Positions 23,954 to 30,254 of a stretch of 35,388 nucleotides of DNA are shown here, piece after piece (position 1 is the stretch's first letter; each line of letters begins with the position of its first letter). The stretch spans positions 1 to 35,388 of the forward strand of contig CAZHLB010000001.1 in the NCBI GenBank assembly GCA_964533005.1, given 5' to 3'. Position numbers and translations under genes: made by a program. The stretch comes from an uncultured Saprospiraceae bacterium. GTDB taxonomy: Bacteria; Bacteroidota; Bacteroidia; Chitinophagales; Saprospiraceae. The notes under the pieces were generated by a model. It saw nothing but the letters and a program-made list of their open reading frames with translations. It was not told the origin of the DNA and did not search any database.

Positions 23954-26900
23954 ATGAAAGCATTCCTTACCTCCGTTTGTTGCTTCCTCGCAACCTTCCT
24001 TTTCTCCCAATCCAACATCCAGCAATCCGTCAGCGTCAACGCCGACGGCTCGGCTGCCCACGCCAGCGCCCAACTCGACGTGAGCGCCACGAACAAAGGC
24101 GTCCTCGTGCCTCGCATGACCACCGCCCAGCGAACTGCCATTGCTTCGCCAGCGACGGGCTTGCTCGTTTTCGACACGGACACGGGCGGGTTTTGGTTTT
24201 ACAACGGTGCGACGTGGACAGCCATCGCCACAGGCGGCGGCGGCGGTTCTTTCATTGCCGATGCCGACAACGACACTAAAATTCAGGTGGAAGAAAGCCC
24301 GAATGAGGACATCATCCGAATGGATTTGGCAGGCTCGGAGCGGCTCGTACTCAAGCGAAATGCCGCCGGGAACACGCAGCTTTCCCTACCCAACAACAGC
24401 GACAATTTTTTTGCCGGGGAAAATGCAGGCGACGGCAACACGACCGGGTCTTTGAACATTGCCATCGGCAAGGCTGCCCTTTTTGCAAATACCGACCGCC
24501 CCAACCTCGTGGCAGTGGGCGACTCGGCGCTGTACAACAACGGGACAGGGGCGACCCTTTCTTTTCACGCCACCGGTAATACTGCGCTCGGTAGCAAGGC
24601 GCTTTTTTCCACCACGACCGGGTACTGGAACACGGCGAATGGCTTCCAGACTTTGTATTCCAATACGAGCGGCAGCGAAAATACGGCAAGCGGCTACCGG
24701 GCTTTGTATTCCAACACCTACGGTCTCGGGAATATTGCCACAGGAACAGGTGCGCTATATTCCAACACCACCGGCATTTACAATACTGCCAATGGATGGG
24801 GGGCGCTTTATTGGAACACCACCGGCATTGCCAATACGGCAACCGGCGCAGCTTCGCTTTTTAACAACACCACTGGCAATTACAATTCTGCCAATGGAGT
24901 ATATGCCCTTTTTAGCAACACCACCGGCTATGAAAATACTGCCGACGGAAACGAGGCGCTATATTCCAACTCCACCGGCTATTACAATACTGCCAACGGA
25001 AGGCGGGCGCTTTATTGGAACACGACCGGTGTTGGTAATACGGCAACGGGCGCCGCTTCGCTTTTTTTCAACACCACCGGCTTTAATAATACTGCCAATG
25101 GATTATATGCCCTTTATTCCAACACCACCGGCTCCAGCAATACTGCCATTGGATTAAATGCGCTTTATTCTAACACCACCGGCTTTTACAATACGGCAAC
25201 TGGGCTTTCTGCGCTTTATTCCAATACTACTGGCAATAGCAATACGGCAAATGGATTACAGGCGCTAAATTTCAACACCACTGGCTCTTTCAATACTGCC
25301 ACAGGCACATTTTCACTTTATGCCAACACCAGCGGCGCCAGCAATACTGCCAATGGATACGCTGCGCTTACTTACAACACCAGCGGCTCCGGCAATACTG
25401 CCAATGGAGCATATGCCCTTAATACTAACACCACCGGCGCTGATAATACGGCTAATGGATTTTATGCCCTTAATGCCAATACCACCGGCTATGAAAATAC
25501 TGCCGATGGAAACGAGGCGCTTAAATCCAACACCACCGGCTATTATAATACCGCCAATGGAAGGAGGGCGCTTCATTGGAACACCACCGGCGTTGGTAAT
25601 TCGGCAACGGGCGCTGCGTCGCTTTTTTTCAATACGACCGGCAATTACAATACTGCCGATGGGTTATATGCGCTGTTTTCCAACACCACAGGTAGTTCAA
25701 ACGTCGCCATAGGCAAGGATGCCTTGTACCTGAATACCGACCGCTCCAACCTCGTCGCCGTCGGCGATTCGGCGCTGTACAACAACGGGACAGGCGCATC
25801 GGCATCTTTTCACAGCCTGGCTAACGTGGCGGTAGGCAGCAAGTCGCTGTTCGGCAACACGACCGGGTACGCAAACACTGCCCTCGGCAGCGAAGCTCTG
25901 CGCAACAATTCGACCGGGAGTTACAACACGGCAAGCGGCAACGCTGCTTTGCTTTCCAACACCACCGGCTATTCCAACACGGCAACCGGCAACTGGGCTT
26001 TGCTTTCCAACACTACCGGCATCGAAAACACGGCAAGCGGCAACGGGGCATTGTATTCGAATGATACCGGCAACTCCAACACGGCGAGCGGCTTCAACGC
26101 ATTGTATTCCAACACGATGGGCTTGGACAATACGGCATTCGGCTCCAGTGCACTTTACACCAATTCGACGGGCTGGAGCAATGTGGCTATTGGCACTGAA
26201 GCATTGTATTTAAATCAGACGGGTTTACAAAACACGGCTCAAGGCACTGCCGCTTTATATGCCAACACCACCGGCAGCGAAAACACGGCTTGCGGCTACC
26301 TGGCTTTGGAGGACAATACGACCGGCATCGAAAACACCGCCCTGGGCAAATCTGCTTTGAATGTGAACACGACCGGCTCTTACAACTTGGCGCTTGGCAA
26401 GAACGCCTACTTTTCTGCTAATAATTTGGACAACACCGCCTGCCTCGGCTACAACTCCGGCGGACAAAGCAACGTCAGCGACCGCATCGAAATCGGCAAC
26501 ACCAGTGTCTCGTGGATTGGCGGTCAGGTGGGCTGGTTAACTTACAGCGATGCCCGCATCAAGACGCAGGTGCAGGAAAATGTGCCCGGCTTGGACTTCA
26601 TCACCCGCCTGCGCCCTGTCACCTATCATTTGGACATTCACAAGCAAAACGAGCTTTGTTTTCGTGGCAAAAAGGAAATAGGCGAGTGGGAGAGCAAGTA
26701 CGACATCGAGAAAAGGCAGTTCACCGGCTTCATCGCCCAGGAGGTGGAGCAGGCAGCGAAGGCGGTCGGCTACGATTTCAGCGGCGTGGAAAAGGCTGCC
26801 GACGAGGTGGGCATGTACAGCGTTCGCTACTCTGACTTTGTGATGCCGCTGGTGAAGGCAGTGCAGGAGCAACAAGTGGAGATTGAATCTTTGAGAAGTG

Positions 26901-26977
26901 AAAACATTGCCCTTAAATTTCAACTCGAGAAAATCACTGCTGCCTTACAAGGCGCAGGGATTGTCGTCGAAAAGTAA
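23954..26977 (+). CDS. P6: largest secreted fibre-like repeat protein with an S74-type C-terminal module
   Basis: The ORF opens at 23861 across the hairpin, but the ATG at 23954 gives signal peptide MKAFLTSVCCFLATFLFSQ, as in P3. The 17-residue repeats span about 24404-26468 and include an internal segmental duplication. The C-terminal module is nearly identical to P1 (YSDARIKTQVQENVPGLDFITRLRPVTYHLDIHKQNE..GYDFSGVEKAADEVGMYSVRYSDFVMPLVKAVQEQQ), with tail LEKITAALQGAGIVVEK. Confidence 0.85.
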   Translation: MKAFLTSVCCFLATFLFSQSNIQQSVSVNADGSAAHASAQLDVSATNKGVLVPRMTTAQRTAIASPATGLLVFDTDTGGFWFYNGATWTAIATGGGGGSFIADADNDTKIQVEESPNEDIIRMDLAGSERLVLKRNAAGNTQLSLPNNSDNFFAGENAGDGNTTGSLNIAIGKAALFANTDRPNLVAVGDSALYNNGTGATLSFHATGNTALGSKALFSTTTGYWNTANGFQTLYSNTSGSENTASGYRALYSNTYGLGNIATGTGALYSNTTGIYNTANGWGALYWNTTGIANTATGAASLFNNTTGNYNSANGVYALFSNTTGYENTADGNEALYSNSTGYYNTANGRRALYWNTTGVGNTATGAASLFFNTTGFNNTANGLYALYSNTTGSSNTAIGLNALYSNTTGFYNTATGLSALYSNTTGNSNTANGLQALNFNTTGSFNTATGTFSLYANTSGASNTANGYAALTYNTSGSGNTANGAYALNTNTTGADNTANGFYALNANTTGYENTADGNEALKSNTTGYYNTANGRRALHWNTTGVGNSATGAASLFFNTTGNYNTADGLYALFSNTTGSSNVAIGKDALYLNTDRSNLVAVGDSALYNNGTGASASFHSLANVAVGSKSLFGNTTGYANTALGSEALRNNSTGSYNTASGNAALLSNTTGYSNTATGNWALLSNTTGIENTASGNGALYSNDTGNSNTASGFNALYSNTMGLDNTAFGSSALYTNSTGWSNVAIGTEALYLNQTGLQNTAQGTAALYANTTGSENTACGYLALEDNTTGIENTALGKSALNVNTTGSYNLALGKNAYFSANNLDNTACLGYNSGGQSNVSDRIEIGNTSVSWIGGQVGWLTYSDARIKTQVQENVPGLDFITRLRPVTYHLDIHKQNELCFRGKKEIGEWESKYDIEKRQFTGFIAQEVEQAAKAVGYDFSGVEKAADEVGMYSVRYSDFVMPLVKAVQEQQVEIESLRSENIALKFQLEKITAALQGAGIVVEK

Positions 26978-26990
26978 TTCAACAAGTACC

Positions 26991-27025
26991 AAGCGATACG
27001 ATGGCTCGAAGCCATCGTATCGCTT
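26991..27025 (+). terminator. Rho-independent-type terminator after P6
   Basis: aagcgatacgatggc tcgaa gccatcgtatcgctt is followed by tttat. It is related to the P4 hairpin. Confidence 0.7.
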
Positions 27026-27096
27026 TTTATCCATAATTTTAGCAATCAAAATGTCGAAGGACATCCTTCGCTTCCTCCTAATCAAATCACGCCAAT

Positions 27097-28020
27097 ATGA
27101 AAAAAAAGTGCACACTTCCGTTCCTCGCGTTCATCGCATCAACCAGCCTTGTCGTCCTTCACGGACAAACCACGCATGAAATCATCACGATTGGAAACAC
27201 CTTTAGCCCCAGCACCCTGACCATCCAGGCAGGCGATTCGGTGCGCTGGGTGAACAGCGGCAGGTGGGCGCTGTACCCGAACACGTCGCTCTCCAACAAC
27301 GCCGCCTTTGGCTTCTCGGCAGGCGACCAGTACCTCTCCGACAACTCGACCTACTTGGGCGTCGAGGCATATCCTTCCGCCGCCGGTTTTACCAATTGCA
27401 TGGGCTTGGGCAGGAGCGCACGCCCCACCGGTTCCAACCGGGTGCATATCGGCAACGCCAGCATTACTGCCATTTGCGGGCAGGTGGGCTTCACCACTTG
27501 TTCCGATGGGCGTTTCAAAAAGAACGTGAGCGAAAAAGTAGGCGGCTTGGACTTCATTCTGCGCCTGCGCCCCGTCACCTACAACATGGACGTTCAAGGC
27601 ATCGCCGCAGCCCTCAAGGAAGACTGGGGCAGGAACGAACAAGGCAACATCGTCCAAAAATCGCCGGACGAGGCGACTCGCCGCAGCCGGGAAGAAAAAT
27701 CGCAAATCCGCTACACAGGCTTCATCGCCCAGGAAGTGGAAGCGGCGGCGAAGCAGGTGGGTTTTGACTTTAGCGGCGTGGATGCGCCGCAAAATGAAAC
27801 CGGCTTGTATGGTCTTCGCTATTCCGAGTTTGTCGTGCCGTTGGTGAAAGGGATGCAAGAGCAGCAAGTGGAGATTGGAAATTTGAAATTGGAAATTGAG
27901 GCGCAGCAAGTCAGGATTGAAAAAGTGGAAAGACTTGAATCAGAAAATGCAGCCTTAAAATCCCAACTCGACAAAATCACCGCCGCCCTCACAGGCGCAG
28001 GCATTGCGGTAGAAAAATAA
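27097..28020 (+). CDS. P7: short chimeric protein, a cupredoxin-like N-terminal fragment fused to an S74-type module
   Basis: 307-aa ORF with signal peptide MKKKCTLPFLAFIASTSLVVLHGQ. The segment TTHEIITIGNTFSPSTLTIQAGDSVRWVNSG resembles the first strands of plastocyanin/cupredoxin-like domains but stops before the His ligands, at about nt 27261. It lacks the family N-domain and has almost no repeats. The rest reads IGNASITAICGQVGFTTCSDGRFKKNVSEKVGGLDFILRLRPVTYNMD..GFDFSGVDAPQNETGLYGLRYSEFVVPLVKGMQEQQ, and the tail is nearly identical to P4. Confidence 0.7.
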   Translation: MKKKCTLPFLAFIASTSLVVLHGQTTHEIITIGNTFSPSTLTIQAGDSVRWVNSGRWALYPNTSLSNNAAFGFSAGDQYLSDNSTYLGVEAYPSAAGFTNCMGLGRSARPTGSNRVHIGNASITAICGQVGFTTCSDGRFKKNVSEKVGGLDFILRLRPVTYNMDVQGIAAALKEDWGRNEQGNIVQKSPDEATRRSREEKSQIRYTGFIAQEVEAAAKQVGFDFSGVDAPQNETGLYGLRYSEFVVPLVKGMQEQQVEIGNLKLEIEAQQVRIEKVERLESENAALKSQLDKITAALTGAGIAVEK

Positions 28021-28088
28021 CCTCGCATCGAGTCGGTGACCAAGCCCTCTGGAAAGCCCCGCCCGACCAGCCCGAACTGGCGGCTAAA

Positions 28089-28511
28089 GTGCTGGAACCA
28101 AGCCTGTTCGGCGGAACCTACGCACTGACGACCGACGAGCAAATCTGGGTCGCCGCCGGAACCTATCTCCCCACCAAAGACATCATCGGCAATGCCGCTC
28201 CCGCCGACCCTCGCGACAAAACCTTTTTCCTCGACGAAGACCTGCTGTTCTACGGCGGCTTCAACGGCACGGAGACCCTGCTTTCCCAGCGAAATTTCAT
28301 CACCAACGTCACCATTTTGAGCGGCGACCTCGGCTCACCGGGCGATTTGGACAACGCCTTCCACGTCCTGTACTTTGACCACCGCTCGGCGGCGATGCTG
28401 CTCGACGGCTTCACCGTCCGGGACGGCAACGCCGAACCGCTGAACGGCGGCGGGAACCGGAGGTGGGCGTTTTGCCAAAAAATCCGGTGGAGCGATTGGA
28501 AGGACAAGTAG
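28089..28511 (+). pseudogene. Internal fragment of a beta-helix surface protein/adhesin
   Basis: IWVAAGTYLPTKD..RDKTFFLDEDLLFYGGFNGTETLLSQRNFITNVTILSGDLG..DNAFHVLYF..LLDGFTVRDGNA..GGG is the recurring N-terminal pattern of large right-handed beta-helix proteins of Bacteroidota. There is no signal peptide or credible start, since the frame is open upstream into the P7 3' end. It ends after 140 codons. Confidence 0.55.
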
Positions 28512-28545
28512 CCGGGTAGCCGGCGGCGGTTTTTGATTAGGCTCA

Positions 28546-28576
28546 CGTTTACGAAACTTTTGAAGTTTCGTAAACG
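28546..28576. repeat. REP-like perfect hairpin (CGTTTACGAAACTT ttg AAGTTTCGTAAACG), related to 19398-19430
   Basis: A 14-bp perfect stem with a 3-nt loop. The arms differ from the 19398 copy at one or two positions. Confidence 0.65.
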
Positions 28577-28796
28577 GAAATCGCCTCAGTCCCGTCAACC
28601 CTTCTGACGCACTACCGTTTAAACTTCAAAAACTTCACATCAACAATCTCTTGATTGGCAATCCTCTCGAACCTCATCGAAACCCATTCAAAAGCATCAT
28701 TCTTTTTTAACCATCACCAAATGACGGCGGGAACAGGCGCACCCCTTTCGAGCTTTCGCCATTCTCTGCCGCTGTTCGGAGCAATCATTTTTTATC

Positions 28797-30029
28797 ATGA
28801 AAAACATCCAGGTTTTACTCCCCGCGCTGGCGCTTGCCTTCCTGCTCGCTTCCTGCGCCAAGGAACAACTCAGCACCCCCGAAGCTGCGCTTGCCGCAGA
28901 AACGGGCGACCTGCAAATTGACCCCGCCGAAGGCTTGCTCGACGAGGAGGCGCTGTACAAAGTCCTCGCCGGAGAGGAGGAACTGTCGTCCAGGACAAGC
29001 CCCCAATCCGCCGTTTACACCCTCGGCAATGAGGTGGCGGGCAACGAGGTCATCGCTTTTTATCGCAACGACGACGGCTCGCTTTACGAGGCGGGCAGAT
29101 ACGGCACGGGCGGCACAGGTTCGGGCGGCGGACTTGGCAACCAGGCTGCACTGGCGATGAGCAGCGGCGGCAAATTTTTGTACGCCGTCAATCCCGGCAG
29201 CAATGAAATCAGCCATTTTCTCATTCGGAACGACGGCAGCTTGGAATTGAAAAACAGAATCGCATCGGGTGGCGTGCTGCCCGTGAGCATCGCCGTTCAC
29301 AACGGGCTGGTTTACGTGCTCAACGCAGGCGGCACGGGCAACATCACCGGGTTCGCCTTCAACCAGCAGGGGCAAATTTTCCAGTTGTCCAATTCCACCC
29401 GCGCCTTGAGCAGCCCAAGCGCAGGCGCTGCGCAAATCGCCTTCAGCCCGGACGGCAAGGTGCTGGTCGTCACCGAAAAAGCGACGAACACGATTTCGAG
29501 CTACCCCGTGCTGTCCAGCGGGCGCACTGGCGCAATCCGCACGTTTCCCTCGGCAAACGCCACGCCTTTTGGTTTCGCTTTTGGCAGAAACGGCAACTTC
29601 CACGTCTCCGAAGCCGCAGGCGGCGCTGCCGGGGCAAGCACGATTTCAACCTACCACGTGAACATCATCGGGCAGGTTTCGCTGGTGGACGGTCCTTTTG
29701 CGCTCAACCAGTCCGCCGCCTGCTGGGTCGCCCTTGCCAAAAACAACTCGTTGTTGTTCTCGACCAACACCGGCTCGAATACCATTTCGACGCTCGACGT
29801 CTCCTTCTCCGGCGTCTTGAGCGCACCCGCCAGCGGCGGCACGGCAACCGCCATGTCGCAGCCGCTCGATGCGGCGGTGGACAAGGATTCCGACCACCTG
29901 TACGTGCTGGCGACGGGCAACAACGCTATTATCAGCTACACTTTCGACAGCAATGGGAAATTGACTCAAATTGACGTGGACGACGAAAACCTGCCCGACC
30001 GGATGAGCGGGCTGGTGGTGAGGGGATAA
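28797..30029 (+). CDS. Lactonase-type 7-bladed beta-propeller family lipoprotein
   Basis: 410-aa ORF with lipoprotein signal MKNIQVLLPALALAFLLASC. Repeated blade-like segments are present (GGKFLYAVNPGSNEISHF, NGLVYVLNAGGTGNITGF, DGKVLVVTEKATNTISSY, NSLLFSTNTGSNTISTL, SDHLYVLATGNNAIISY). Confidence 0.7.
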   Translation: MKNIQVLLPALALAFLLASCAKEQLSTPEAALAAETGDLQIDPAEGLLDEEALYKVLAGEEELSSRTSPQSAVYTLGNEVAGNEVIAFYRNDDGSLYEAGRYGTGGTGSGGGLGNQAALAMSSGGKFLYAVNPGSNEISHFLIRNDGSLELKNRIASGGVLPVSIAVHNGLVYVLNAGGTGNITGFAFNQQGQIFQLSNSTRALSSPSAGAAQIAFSPDGKVLVVTEKATNTISSYPVLSSGRTGAIRTFPSANATPFGFAFGRNGNFHVSEAAGGAAGASTISTYHVNIIGQVSLVDGPFALNQSAACWVALAKNNSLLFSTNTGSNTISTLDVSFSGVLSAPASGGTATAMSQPLDAAVDKDSDHLYVLATGNNAIISYTFDSNGKLTQIDVDDENLPDRMSGLVVRG

Positions 30030-30072
30030 TCATTGGTACTGGAATGTTGGCAAAAGCGAGTATCAAGAATTC

Positions 30073-30105
30073 AACGCCGGCAGGATTCAAAACTCTGCCG
30101 GCGTT
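30073..30105 (+). terminator. Hairpin after the lactonase-like gene
   Basis: aacgccggcag (30073-30083) pairs with ctgccggcgtt (30095-30105), giving an 11-bp perfect stem and an 11-nt loop. No T-run follows. Confidence 0.4.
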
Positions 30106-30221
30106 ATCCGCCTGCGCCAACCCTTCTAACCCACTGCCAAAAATTTCTTCCATCGCCGTTTTGCAAAATGGCCTTCCAGAAAGAAGCGGAAACAAGTAGT
30201 TGCAAACCGAAAACTGAAATT

Positions 30222-30229
30222 TAGATTTG
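30222..30229 (+). promoter_or_regulatory. Candidate -7 promoter box (TAGATTTG) for P8
   Basis: The box fits TAnnTTTG and ends 25 nt before the ATG at 30255. It overlaps an inverted repeat, tgaaatttaga..tctaaatttca, that spans the leader. The leader resembles that of P1. Confidence 0.4.
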
Positions 30230-30254
30230 ACCTCCATTCACCTCTAAATTTCAA

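Noticed and set aside
27034-27041. TAATTTTA as a -7 promoter box for P7.
   Set aside because: It misses the conserved final G of TAnnTTTG, and there is no supporting duplication as there is for P4/P5. The support is too weak to report as a feature.
28655-28921. 88-aa ORF upstream of and overlapping the lactonase-like gene.
   Set aside because: It overlaps the well-supported lipoprotein start, has no features and lies in an otherwise intergenic region.
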